From assembly GCA_951406725.2 (NCBI GenBank), contig OX597817.1:33418001-33482000 (forward strand): a DNA stretch of 64,000 nt. The letters run 5' to 3'. Positions 12,181 through 24,737 of the stretch are shown here, piece after piece. The number at the start of each line of letters is the position of its first letter. The stretch's first letter is position 1. The DNA comes from Octopus vulgaris. Lineage: Eukaryota. The translations under genes were made by a program, and so were the position numbers. The notes beneath the pieces are model-generated. The model worked only from the letters and a program-made list of their open reading frames with translations, did not search any database and had not been told where the DNA came from.

Positions 12181-12550
12181 ATTCTTCAAAGGACTATAAT
12201 GAGCAGTGGGTATCTAAATTGTCAAGTTGTTGTTAACTATTACTTGCTGAGAGACCCTCTGTACAGTTTAATACCCCACTAACTTCTTTCTGAAGAATCT
12301 CTACTCCTGATAAAACCAGTTCTGTGTATATACCAACATGTATAGAAGTAGTACGTCTCTCCTAGTTTTTCTGTGTACTTGATTTGTTGATTATGTGTTT
12401 TTACCTCATCTGTATTCTGTATTTACTGTAGGTTAATGTTAACCTCATTGTAAACTTTCTAAGTCTAGTTTACAATATTTACTGTGGGTTACTTATGTGT
12501 TTTCCATTGAAGGTAGAAGCACATCCAGGAAGAATCAGTCAACTGATTCA

Positions 12551-12992
12551 ATACATTGAAACTCCAACGTCTGGCAGCTGACTTGGCAGACACCCATAAA
12601 ATTATTAACCATCTTACTAACAATAACTCTGAGCATCTTTTCAAACTCCACCTGTCTAACGCCCGTGAACATGTTTACAAAGTCAGAAAACAGCACAGCT
12701 CCCATGACTTTCGGAAACATTTTTTTCATGCTAAGAGCTGCTGAAGTATGGAACAAACTGCCGGCATCAGTTGTTAGTTGTCGGAGCACTGCATCCTTCA
12801 AAACTTCCATGCTTCCTGAGATTCGCCAACACTACACCTGATTTTCTCCCCTCCATATACACGCAAGCATGTAGCTGACTCATGCACTGTTCACTTCCCA
12901 GACATTTGTACATTACTGCATATGCTTTATATGCATTTTTGACAAGTTGTGGTGCACCTGAGCACTGTATACAATAATTTCATTATTATTAT
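12551..12992 (+). mobile_element. CR1-clade LINE 3' end
   Basis: TLKLQRLAADLADTHKII...HVYKVRKQHSSHDFRKHFF...WNKLPASVV, then 3' UTR and (ATT)n tail. Other copies at 38561-39022 and 50101-50545. Confidence 0.88.
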
Positions 12993-13094
12993 AACTCCCC
13001 AGTAGTCTCCCTTCTTCCTCTCATGTTTTACAGTTGTACTGAAATCAATCATATTTTTTGATTTCCTAAGCAAATGACATTGTTACATTAGATA

Positions 13095-13456
13095 TCTCTC
13101 TCTATATAAACGGCAAAATGTCTGTGTGCGTGTCCTTTATACAAATCGACAATTTTTCAGTTAGAGGGCTCGCACTTTCTATGGTCATTCAAAACCATCC
13201 AAGGGTGGTTGTGCACATCTTTACATTTTCCCAGTCAACCCGCAAAGCCATTAAAAAATCAATAGAAGTGACTTTTTTGTGAATTTTCTATCCAAAACCC
13301 AATCAAAATGCCTGAAAATTAATACGCTAATTGAATGCCAGCTAGCTGTGTGATTGGTCGGAGATTTGGACAGTACTCGCGTGTATGTGCGCACGCACGC
13401 AGCTGTATATGCATGTACTAGCACTATGACCCGGCATTGCTGGGTCATAGTGCTAG
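13095..13456 (+). mobile_element. Non-autonomous Helitron
   Basis: A|TC 5' end (TCTCTCTCTATATAAACGGC), 3' GC-rich hairpin GACCCGGCATTGCTGGGTC then CTAG|T, no TSD. Confidence 0.75.
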
Positions 13457-13611
13457 TATTTCATAAGTTATTTCCCATCAGACTATAAGATTCTTCATCC
13501 TATATAACAAAAGTAAACAATTAAGCACAGAACTAGGTGTTTTATTCTTGTCCCACTTGTTTCTTTTGATACATGCAGATTTATTAACTGATGTCCATTT
13601 AATCTATTTAG

Positions 13612-13844
13612 AGTTGAAACAGTTCCTGGTACTGCTACACCAGGTAGTGATTATAAACCTTTGAATGAAATCATCCAATTCCAAGAAAATGAAATGTTAC
13701 GCACTATCTATGTGGAGATTATTGATGACTTTGAATGGGAACCTGATGAGTTTTTCTTTGTTCAGTTGTCACTTCTTCCTGAAAGCAATGATGTCACACT
13801 TGCCAAAAATTATATCATGCAAGTGACAATCATTAATGATGACG
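13612..13844 (+). CDS. NCX: NCX exon (CBD1 body)
   Basis: tttAG|A GTT GAA...GAC G|GTAGGT. Encodes VETVPGTATPGSDY...EIIDDFEWEPDEFFFVQL...VTIINDD. Phase 2 to 1. Confidence 0.96.
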
Positions 13845-14478
13845 GTAGGTTATGTACTCTATTCATATCTTTAAATGCACACATTTTCGTTTTTTGCTAC
13901 ATTTTGGGATGGTCATTTTTTTCTTGCCAAATAAACACATGCATTGTATATTCGTTCTTCACTTGTTTATTGTTGTTCTTATTTTATGCCATTGGAACAA
14001 AGATTTCATCTTGGTCCAGAGTGTCTAAGTGTGGATGTTACTGAGGAGGTTGAAACACTACTAATGACATCCTGAGTGAGCTCTGTATTATTAATACTTA
14101 AGAGCTACGAGAAGTTTCTCTGAGGCAAAATATCACAACCAGCACTGTTCTACATTTGTATATACATTGTGTTATACAAATTGATATTTTTATCTAAAAG
14201 CTGTTTCAAGATTAGACTTTCGTCTGATGCTGTTTCATAGAATGTCAATCATGAAAAATCTTTTTATAAAATTTTTGCAGTCATTTGAAAAAAAAAAAGA
14301 CTCCAAAAATCTCTAGCTTCTTTTAAATCAAGAGTTAATGAAATGCTTACTTAGTTAATTATCTTCTTCCCAGTAGCACACAAATAATATAATATACAAA
14401 GGTTTGTTGAATCTATATACATAATCTGATGAAACTCTTCATTGTAATTTGATCAAAAGCAAATTGTTCACATTTCAG

Positions 14479-14711
14479 AACCTGGAGTCTTGGAGTTCAC
14501 CAAACCAAGTGTTCTTGTCACTGAAAGCTCTCGGAAAGTAAAAATTCCTGTAAAAAGATCAAATGGAGCTGATGGACATGTCAGTGTAAAATGGAAGACA
14601 AAGGATATGACAGCTCATGCTGGTGTTGATTATTTTGGTGGAGAAGGTGAACTTACCTTTGACAATGGCGAAATTCTTAAGAACATTGAAGTCTTTATTT
14701 ATGATACTAAG
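14479..14711 (+). CDS. NCX: NCX exon (CBD2)
   Basis: tttcAG|AA CCT GGA...AAG|GTAAAC. Encodes EPGVLEF...VKRSNGADGHVSVKWKTKDMTAHAGVDY...IYDTK. Phase 1 to 0. Confidence 0.96.
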
Positions 14712-15337
14712 GTAAACTTACTTTTTTAATTAATACAATCTATTTAAAAGAAACAATATCACTTTGATTTGAAGCAGTTAATGGTTGGGGGACAAGAAAG
14801 GCATCTGACACTAAAAAAATCTGCTTCGATATAAATTCCATTAGATTTATGCAAGCATAGAAAAGTAGACTTCAAAACGATGATGAATGAATTTTTCTAA
14901 AATCATAAGAGCAACATCTGCAGTAGTTTATCACCAGCTACACTGCTACCCCTAGAAAAACAGTCGATAAAATTGAGGCCCAAAGTACAAAATCAGTTGA
15001 ATACAACTTCCTCCTTGTACCTTAGTTAAGAATTATTTGTTGACTGGATGATTTAATTCTTGGCAAATTAATAAATTACATGTTATTATTGTTATACTTT
15101 CCTGTCCAGTGTATGCCGTTCCTTAATGCTTTGTTGAACATCATCACTATACTGTACTTCAACTTTGCAATCAGATAATTCTTCTCTGCTAAAGGCCACT
15201 ATTTTTAGTATTGTGGCTCTTCAACGAAACCCCTCACACTGTGATAACCACACTATAGTTCATGTTATTAGTTTCAAGTTGCAGAAACTTTGCAAGATGC
15301 TCCCACTGCTGAAACTTTTCTTATTTGTAATGTAAAT

Positions 15338-16015
15338 CATCATCATCATCATTGTTTAATTTCCGCTTTCCATGCTAGCATGGGTTGGGCAATTTGACTG
15401 AGGGCTGACTATTCAGATGGCTGCACCAGGCTCCAGTCTGATCTGGCAGAGTTTCTATAGCTGGATGCCCTTCCTAACGCCAACCACTCCAAGAGTGTAG
15501 TGGGTACTTTTACATGCCACCGGCACTGGGGCCAGTCAGGCAGTACTGGCAACAACCTTGCTCGAATCTTTTTACACATGCCACCGGCACAGGTGCCAGT
15601 AAGGCAACACTGGTAACGATCACGCTCAAATGGTGCCTTTTACGTGCCACTGGCACGGAAGCCAGTTATCTGCTCTGGCAACGATCACGCTCGGATGGTG
15701 CTCTTAGCACCCTACTAGCCCGGGGCACAAGTGCCAGTGAGGCAATGCTGGTCGCGATCACACTCGAATGGTGCCTTTTATGTGCCACTGGCATGGAAGC
15801 CGGTTAGCTGCTCTGTCAACGATCACACTCGTATGGTGCTCTTTGCACCCCACTAGCACGGATGCCAGTTATCGAATTTGATTTTGATTTCACTTGCCTC
15901 AACAGGTCTTCGCAAATAGAGTTTAGTGTCCAAAGAAGGAAAAGGTACGCATAAGTGGACTGGTTACACCCCTGGCATAGGCCACGAGGTTATGGTCTCA
16001 TTTGGCTTGCCAGGT
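15338..16015 (-). mobile_element. Non-autonomous retroposon family D ((GAT)n tail, internal GTGCCAC/GGCAC sub-repeats)
   Basis: Shared core CAGCTGGATGCCCTTCCTAACGCCAACCACTC and (CAT)n end. Copies at 18983-19558, 21010-21259, 24441-24737, 26535-27065, 30437-31010 and 62580-62797. Confidence 0.85.
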
Positions 16016-16448
16016 CAATAATAATATTATTCAAAAGCATATATTGTTGAATTACAATTATCTGCTTTACTTTCAGGTTCACCATATTCTCTATGATCTT
16101 CAACATATTTTTGTATGTTAACCTGAGATCTGCTAACACCTATTTACAAGTCTGAATAACTTTCTCTTGATATATTAAATGTGATTGAATTCAGTAGGTG
16201 GAAGTTACTGCCGTGTGTGTATGTGTGCGTATAGCTGCTCAGTGCCTCTCCGAAAGAGAGAGAGGGAGGCAATTCATAGCACAGAACATACCTTTAGTGA
16301 ACAGAAGAAGACTACAGAACAAACTCTAGAGAAGTCTAGGTGTCATCAGGTTATGAATAAACTTTGGACAAAAACTGATTTTGAAATTCAAACACATATA
16401 GACAATAATTTAACTGTAATCAATGAGCTACTTTACTTCTATTTTCAG

Positions 16449-16554
16449 ACAGCTGAGAAAGATGAGTGTTTCCAGTTAAGCTTACTGGAAACTGGCGGAG
16501 GAGCTTCACTTGGCAAAATTACAAAAACTATTGTTACCATAGTTAAGGATGAAG
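16449..16554 (+). CDS. NCX: NCX exon (end of CBD2)
   Basis: ttttcAG|ACA GCT...GAA G|GTAAGC. Encodes TAEKDECFQLSLLETGGGASLGKITKTIVTIVKDE. Phase 0 to 1. Confidence 0.95.
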
Positions 16555-17361
16555 GTAAGCATTTTAAGTTATTTTCTCAAAGAAGTAATTCCAGTTCAGT
16601 GGTAGTCTATCTAACAAGTTTGTTTAATGATCTATTCAAATAAACACACATTTTTAATATCCATTGTAAAGTTTGATTTATTGAGGTTGATCAGGATTTG
16701 ATAAGTACCCAGAGAAAGATGGAGAATCTGTCTGGTTTAGCACTAAAATAGATTCATAAATAGAATTACCAGAAATCGAACACTTAGTGTTAGAAGCATC
16801 ATAAAGGAGGAGATGCTCCTGATAAACAAAGTCTAAAACCTAGTTTTGCTCTATCAATCCCAAAAGGGCAAAGTTGATCTCAGTGAGATTTGAACTCAGA
16901 ATGTGAAGAGCCAAAACAAATGTCACAAGGTATTTTTTCTGACTCTTTAATGGTTCTGCTAGTTTGATGCTCTAACAACAATTATTTCTTATAAACAAAT
17001 ATGATGCATCACATTTATAGAGATGTAAAATTAAATGTTTTCTCAAACTTTAACTATACAATGCAAGTGAAATGGTTTCAAGAGGGATTTGGAAATGAAT
17101 TTTCTGAATGTTACTCATTTCTATAAAAATAATTCTTTCTAATTTTGGCTAAAGGCCAGTAATCTTGGGGCGAAGTGGAACAAGTTAATTACACTGATCC
17201 CAGTATTTGATTGGTATTTTATTCCATTGATCCCAAAAGAATGAAAAGTGAAGTTGAATTTGGTGGGATTTGAGCTTAGTACCATAAAGAGCCAGAAGAA
17301 ATATTGAGCATTTTGTCTGATATGCTAATTCTGACAGCTTGCTGCCTTATATAGTAATTAT

Positions 17362-17585
17362 TTATTTCTTTATTGCCCACAGGAGGCTAAACATAGAAGG
17401 GACAGACAAAGGGATTAAGTCGATTACACAGACCCCAGTGCATAACTGGTACTTATTTATTCAACCCTGAAAGGATGAAAGGCAAAGATGACCTTGGCGG
17501 AATTTGAACTCAGAACATAACGGCAGACAAAATACTGCTAAGCATTTTGCCCGGTGTGCTAACGATTCTGCCAGCTCACCGCCCT
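17362..17585 (-). mobile_element. SINE family A
   Basis: Family consensus match; older related copies lie adjacent on both sides. Confidence 0.88.
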
Positions 17586-17915
17586 AATAATAATAATAAT
17601 AATCCTTTCTGCTATAGGCGCAAGGCATGAAATTTTGAGGGAGTGGGCTAGTCGTCTACATCAACCCCAGTGCTCAGCTGATACCTGTTTTACAAGAAAA
17701 AAAAAGAGAAGAAATTGTTTCCTCAGAGATTCAGTACAGTATCTGCAGAAAGATACAGACTAATGATAAAACAACAATAATGGTTTTGAAGTTCTCTTGT
17801 ACAGAAGATAATTGTAGTCAATATCTAAATAGTGTTTTAACAGAACTTTCAGATCAATTGTTGATTGTGCCTTTCATGCTATGCCCTCCTTTTTCTTTTT
17901 TTCATATCTTTACAG

Positions 17916-18094
17916 AATTCAATAGTTTGGTCAGTCGAATTGTCAACATGACTAAACTTAATTTAGACGCCCTTCAATTAGACACTATCAGCTGGGGTAA
18001 ACAATTTGAGAATGCACTAAATGTTAATGGTGGTGACCTGGAAACTGCTACTGCAAGCGACTATATTTTACACTTTGCATCATTTGCATGGAAG
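17916..18094 (+). CDS. NCX: NCX exon (end of the cytoplasmic loop)
   Basis: ctttacAG|AA TTC...TGG AAG|GTAAGA. Encodes EFNSLVSRIV...SWGKQFENALNVNGGD...DYILHFASFAWK, matching the NCX SW--QF--A and DY--HF---WK motifs. Phase 1 to 0. Confidence 0.96.
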
Positions 18095-18377
18095 GTAAGA
18101 CATCTTTTCTAGTGCTTCTTTCAGCAGCATCTTTGATTTACCTTATAGAGTTTAGATTGATGGAGCATGACTTTATCAGATGCAACACCCCAATTCAATG
18201 GGGATAAGCTGAGCATTAACTAGGAGGTCACTGGTGAATCTAATTTTTAACAACTTCTGATTTTCATTGCTCTCTTTCTGTCCCCACTTTTCCTTTTTTT
18301 CAATGAGTTGCAATGCATCTGTGCAGCACTGCATACACTAAGCTCATTAATATTATTCAAAGGATATATTTCTAATT

Positions 18378-18624
18378 TAATGCACCCTTTTAAAGCCTAG
18401 CCAGGCTCATAGGCCCGGTTTCTATGGTGTATGTGTTCCCCACCAGCTGGACGGGTCACCAGTCCATCACAGCATTACTCATTTTTGCCAGCTGAGTGGA
18501 CTGGAGCAACGTGAAATGAAGTGTTTTGCTCAAGAACACAACGCATCGCCCGGTCCAGGAATCGAAACCACAATCTTACGATCATGGTGCTGACACCCTA
18601 ACCACTAAGCTATGTACCTCCACC
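18378..18624 (-). mobile_element. tRNA-derived SINE related to family C
   Basis: Reverse complement has a GTGGAGG...TAGTGGTTAGGG head and a GGTTTCGATTCCTGGACCGGG B-box region. Confidence 0.75.
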
Positions 18625-18711
18625 AAAGGATATATTGCTAAACTACTTATCAGTCTCACAGGATTTGCAACAATATTATTTGAACTCCACTCTGACAGCT
18701 AATGAGATATA

Positions 18712-18934
18712 CAGGGTTGGCCAAATGTCATCTGACAGTAAATCAAAACCATTTAATTCCAAGATTTAACAACTGAATGAATTTAATAAAAGCATCTAAA
18801 TATGAAACATCATGAAAATTGTTCAAACTGAAGTCCTTCTTGACTGACACATTTTTCCATTCGAGTCAATACAGAATTACAGATAGTATTTATGGAATTT
18901 TGATTTACTGTCGGGTGACTTTCGGCCAATGCTG
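18712..18934. mobile_element. Tc1/mariner-type MITE
   Basis: TA|CAGGGTTGGCCAAATGTCATCTGACAGTAAATCAAAA ... TTTTGATTTACTGTCGGGTGACTTTCGGCCAATGCTG|TA. Confidence 0.8.
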
Positions 18935-18982
18935 TATATGTCTGTTATATAAATGGCTTTATCTATTTAAAATCGTGTAGTT

Positions 18983-19558
18983 ATTGTAGTTGTAATACCT
19001 GTGCCAGTGGCACGTAGGGCCTCACAGAGGAAATGATGAAGACTGAGACCTCTGAGATAAGCTGTGACTGTGAAGACCCGACATATGAAGTGAGTTCATG
19101 GCTCGCAGGATGGCCTGCTATGCTAATCTTGGATCGTAGCGTGACCCGCTGTTTTTGAGGAGACCTACTGAGTCAAGTACGTCAACACCAACATCAAAAT
19201 AAAAATCAAATGGAAATTGTAGTTAAGATACCTGTGCCGGTGACACGTAAAAAGCACCGTCCGAACATGGCAGATGCCAGCGCCGCCTGACTGGTGTCCG
19301 TGTTGCTGACACGTAAAAGCACCAACCAATCGTGGCCGTTTGCCAGCCTCCTCTGGCCCCTGTGCCAGTGGCACGTAAAAAACACCCACTACACTCATGG
19401 AGTGGTTGGCGTTAGGAAGGGCATCCAGCTGTAGAAACACTGCCAGATCAGACTGGAGCCTGGTGCAGCCTCCTGGCTTCCCAGATGCCGGTTGAACCAT
19501 CCAACCCATGCTAGCATGGAAAACGGACGTTAAACGATGATGATGATGATGATGATGA
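18983..19558 (+). mobile_element. Retroposon family D
   Basis: Family core in forward orientation, ending TAAAC(GAT)n. Confidence 0.85.
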
Positions 19559-19889
19559 TTGGTAAGATGTACTCCTCATGGAGACACAACTTAGAATGGT
19601 GCCTCTATAAATGACAATGGTGATAAAGTATGACTTTTATCTGGAGGTTTGAAGACTTAATGATTTAGCTGATTGTGACTGCCTTCATTTCTCTCAATGG
19701 GTTTACATATTTTCATAGGTAAAAGTTGCTGAAAAGGATTAAGAAATCCCTAAAGACATTAAAGAATTCCTATCTCTAGTAGATGGATCTTTTTGAAGTA
19801 GCAAGTATTTTGTTTAATTAAATGCATGAAAGTAAGTCAACAAATGTCCTTAAGTGATCTAATTTATGATTTGTGATTTTTTTTTTCAG

Positions 19890-20219
19890 GCTTTGTTTGC
19901 TTGTGTGCCTCCACCTTCCATTTGGGGAGGGTGGCCAACTTTCTTCATTTCACTGGCTGTTATTGGTTTAATGACTGCTATTATTGGAGATCTGGCTGGT
20001 GTATTTGGCTGTTTAATCAACCTTGATGCAAGTATTACAGCCATCACCTTTGTTGCACTGGGAACCAGTATGCCTGATACATTTGCTAGTCGAACTGCAG
20101 CTCTCATGGAAAAGTATGCAGATGCATCTGTCGGAAATGTGAATGGTAGTAATTCTGTTAACGTATTTCTCGGATTAGGTTTGCCTTGGCTAATAGCTGC
20201 TATCTATTGGAATACAAAG
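19890..20219 (+). CDS. NCX: NCX exon (TM segments with the alpha-2 repeat)
   Basis: ttttcAG|GCT...AAG|GTAAGA. Contains FVALGTSMPDTFAS and ADASVGNVNGSNSVNVFLGLGLPW, the alpha-2 repeat of SLC8. Phase 0 to 0. Confidence 0.98.
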
Positions 20220-20549
20220 GTAAGATCATTTTTCTCTATAAGAGTTTTATTTTAATTTCATTGTCAAACTGATTGTTATGTCTACATAGTCACAAATTAG
20301 TAAAATTCATTAAGAGACCTAGTGTTTGCTAATTTTACGTAAACACACTCTAATCAGAAACAGTAATTAAAAACTTTGCGTGACACCTAAACTCCGTATT
20401 TCCAAGACATGATTTACACCAAATTATAATAAATACACTATCTTAAACACACAACTCTTAAGGTTAGTACACATTTCCTGTTTCCAGAATATAAAACAGA
20501 AGAATGTCAACTTTCACTCCTTACTTCCATAGACTAATAACTAGAGGCT

Positions 20550-20806
20550 CAGGCATGGCCGTGTAGTTAAGCTCACTTTGCAACCACACAGTTTTAAGTT
20601 CAGTCCCTCCCTATGGAAGCCTATTGTGTGTGTCTTTGTGTTTGACCCCACCATAGGTTGAAAAGCAGTACTGGTTTGTTTGTTTCTGTAACTAAGCGCT
20701 TTGGCAAAAAAAGACTCGTAGAATAAGTACCAGGGTTAATTTGACTAAACTCTTCAAGGCAGGGCACCAGCATGGCCACAATCCAATGACTGAAACAAGT
20801 AAAAAA
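20550..20806 (+). mobile_element. Degenerate SINE family B
   Basis: Head AGGCATGGCCGTGTAGTTAAG and tail CAGCATGGCCACAATCCAATGACTGAAACAAGTAAAA. Confidence 0.7.
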
Positions 20807-20825
20807 ATTGTGTGTATGTATATAT

Positions 20826-20886
<61 letters not shown>

Positions 20887-22658
20887 CATTGGGCCTCATG
20901 GAGGAACAGTGGCCGAGTTTCTTTCTAGTTTTGAGTCTCAAAGAGGCAATGACCAAGACCTTGAGCATTATACTGTGCTTGAGAAAAAGAGCCCATCAAG
21001 CCAAGCAAAATCACAGTTGTGACATACTGGTGTCACACAAATTGGCATGTAAATATACCCCAGTGTCTTGCAAATGGCACCTGTGTCGGTGGCTCGTAAA
21101 ACCACCCATTACACTCTCGGAGTGGTTGATATTAGGAAGGGCATCCAGCTGTAGAAAACCTTGCCAAATCAGACTGGAGCCTGGCACAGCTTTGCAGTGT
21201 GCTAGCTCAGTTAAACTGTCCAACCCATGCCAGCATGGACAATGGATGTTAAATGATGGTTATAATATATATATATATACTAGCATTAAAGACCCGTCGT
21301 TGACGGGTCATAGTGTATATATATTTGTACATATTACATGTACATCTATATATATATACATCTACACATAAAATACAAAATACAAAGTTATATCTTGATA
21401 TCGCTAGTGATAACAATACTCAAAATATATAACAGACTGGAATTGTTAGCCCGTCTCTTGTAATAAAATATTTCCACTTTGCAAGTTCGAGTCGAGTACT
21501 TCCTTGCATGCTCCGTTGACTCAAACCTTGCTTCTATTGTGGCGAATTTACTGCCTCTGATTAGATACCTTTCATAGTCGCACCAAGACACTTTTTTCAA
21601 ATGAGGAAGAATGGCCTAGAGTTCAAAGACCTAAGATTTAACATGGCAAAGATCAAAATTCTAATTAGTAGTTATTCACCTCGTCTGAGCTTGTGCCATG
21701 TAAAAAGCATTAAGTCCACTGTGCTGAGTGATTGGTGTTAGGAAGAGCATCTGGCTGTAAAAATGCTGCCAAAGCAGTTGCAGAAGTTTGGTGCAGGCTT
21801 TTGTGGTACCATCCCACCTATGCTAGCATAGAAGACAGGTGTTAAATGATGATAATGATGATATATATGTATACATTTGATCTGCCTGTGGTCTTCACAG
21901 GCCTTCTGAAACTGGCAAGATCGATAGTGTTGCTCAATAGTATTGCAGGGTAGGGTGGGAATTCCAGTGAGATGTTGTTCTCGACACTGAAGACTACATG
22001 TAGTGTATCTTAGAGAGGACACTGTATAAGTAACAAGAGGATGTATTAGTGAGTTTGGACTAACTGAAGGGAGTTAGCATGAGATCTCAACCAACTCCAA
22101 AGAACAAAGGGCACTGGAGTAGTGACAGAAAGAGAAGTCAGCATGTATTTATCAAAACATAAAAGATAAATTTAGTAAACCCAACAACCATTGTCGGAAA
22201 ATGGTATTCCAAGACATAAGTAGTTTCATGTTCAGTTTCTTTAAACAATCTTCTATTGATGGAAACTATCCCTCCAGACAACTAGTAATTATTAACTTTC
22301 AATTTATCAAAATGAAACATTTCTTTTTGCCTTCATGCGTTGCATAACCTGTAAGCTGTCCTAAATTCCTGTTTTTTGCCAAAAAAGGATTTCTATTGAC
22401 TTTTCAAACACAAGCTAAATAATGAAACAAGTTCTACTAAATTTCTCCAAAACCATGATTATTTACAAGAAATAAGGTCACAAATGAATTATATTAAGTT
22501 CAGTGTTATATTATGAAGAATTGTGTATGTACCATGGTGATGCCTAGTATTGGCAAAGCTCAAAACCCATCTAATGTTTGGTATGTGTTTGCACTGTATT
22601 TAGACAAGATGGGTTTATAGAAGTAACAGTAGTTATCAATTTCTCTTTTGTTTTTCAG

Positions 22659-22901
22659 GGTGAAATATTTGTTGTGGATGCAGGATCATTGGGCTTCTCT
22701 GTAATTATCTACACAACTTTTGCAATTATTGCCATATTACTTTTAGTTATTAGAAGAAGTCTGAAGATTTTTGGTAAAGCTGAACTTGGTGGTGCTACTG
22801 TCCCGAAAATGGTCACAGGAGTACTTTTTATTTTCCTCTGGGTTCTCTATGTTCTTTTGTCATCATTGCAAACAAAAAAAATTATTGATGTTTCAATTTA
22901 A
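22659..22901 (+). CDS. NCX: NCX terminal coding exon
   Basis: tttttcAG|GGT...TAA. Encodes FVVDAGSLGFSVIIY...RR...GKAELGG...LFIFLWVLYVLLSSLQ, the canonical NCX C-terminus. Confidence 0.97.
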   Translation, partial: GEIFVVDAGSLGFSVIIYTTFAIIAILLLVIRRSLKIFGKAELGGATVPKMVTGVLFIFLWVLYVLLSSLQTKKIIDVSI

Positions 22902-24440
22902 AACCAACCCCACCATTCTTTTTTTTTTTTAATTATATATATTTTTTTATAGCTTGATTAAAAATTTGGGTAACACCAGCTAAAAACATCTGATGAAATA
23001 TTTTAAGAAAATATTTATAATGAAAAAGAAGTACTATAGAAAATATCAAATAAAGGGTAATAAATTAAGCAGATAAAATAAGTGTATGTCTAAATTTATA
23101 AAAAACATCAATTATTTTAGACTAATTCAATGAATGAAAGTAGGGCAAGGGAAATAATAAATAAATCTAACATTTTCTCTAATGATTCTTCCATGGATAT
23201 ATTTTTAAAAAGTCCACTGAATCATTTTTTATATATTTCTCTAAGCATCCATTTCTTAAAATTAATATTTTCTCATAAAAAAAAAAAAATCACAAAGCAA
23301 CCAAATTCATTGATGAAATTTTGCTTCATGTCTTATTCAAAGATTATATCTTCCTTTAAAAATTTTCCCATGTGTAAACTGAATACAGTTATTTTGGAAG
23401 TTAATGCTTTTTAAATTTTTAATTTTTGCTTTGAAAAATATTTTTTAAAGTGATCCTTTTTATACTAATCATTGCAAAAGAAAAAAAAAAATCATTACTA
23501 CATTTCTTAAGAAATGAAATTGTTCATATTCATGAAATGAGAGAAAATATGCTTGTAAGTTTTTCCTTTCTCTTTTTAATGGTATCTCATGTTCAATATA
23601 ACTTTGTTACTTAACTGTTGATGTGTTGATATAAATAAAACTTTCTACTAACAAAACATTGTTTTGTTTTATGTTTCTAGAAAACTTCAAATACTATTTT
23701 GATAAAGAATATACACAAAATGGGCTTTTCTATTTGGAGAGAAAAAAAAAAAACTTACTCTGTATAGGCACTGAATTTTCTCATGTTGAGTATTCCACAG
23801 ATATTAGGCTGAATCTCTCTTGTCACAAGGCATCATACTAAACATTTGAGTTGCAAGTACAATCCAGGGAAGAATCAACTCTGTTACTGGATTGCCTTTC
23901 ATCAATTCAGTGGTTGAAAAATAAAATATCATGGTTGCTTTTGGCAGCATTTGAACCCAGAGCGCAGAGAGCCAAATTGAATACTGCTAAGCATTCAGTC
24001 TGACACTCGTAACAATTCTGCTAATTTGTCAACATAGACACAAATACTGTAGGATGTTTTCCCTTACATCACCCTGTGATGCTTCCTGGGGTTATTTAGT
24101 GTTTTAGGTCTTTCAACAATCAGACATCTTCACCCAAGTGGCCCAGCTAAGATTGATAAAATCAAGATGATAGACAATAGTGGTTGCGGATCAGGGGGAG
24201 CGAAGTTCGGAAGGGGTAAGTGCTACCTGGTATAAAACCCATTGGAATACTATAAAATGTAGACTATTTTATTCAAAAGCAGAGTAGACCAATCTACCTT
24301 GCTATTAGGAATAGTTCCCAGACTATTTTGGTAATATTACTGACCAAATTGATTTACAATTGATTTACCAATTGATTGAAAACTAAATACTGACTCAAAA
24401 AAATTTAATTCAGCTATTTTATATGAACTGGATCTATAAG

Positions 24441-24737
24441 CATCATCATCATCCTTTAACGTCCGCTTTCCATGCTAGCATGGGTTGGACGACTTGACTG
24501 GTGAACCAGATGTCTGTGCCAGGCTCCAATCTGATTTGGCAGAGTTTCTACAGCTGGATGCCCTTCCTAATGCCAACCACTCCGAGAGTGTAGTGGGTGC
24601 TTTTACGTGCCACCTGCACGAGGGCCACACTCAAAATGGTGTTTTTTTACGTGCCACCTGCACAAGAGTCAGTCCAGCGGCACTGGCAACGATCTCACTC
24701 CAATGTTTTGTTCACGTGCCAGTAAGGCGACGCTGGT
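24441..24737 (-). mobile_element. Retroposon family D
   Basis: (CAT)n end and family core. Confidence 0.8.

Noticed and set aside
16446-16452. Tandem acceptor CAG-ACAG at an NCX exon
   Set aside because: The second AG is 4 nt downstream and would frameshift, so it is not a NAGNAG variant.
19886-20107. Antisense ORFs over NCX exons (also 11302-11577)
   Set aside because: Shadow frames of the real plus-strand coding exons.
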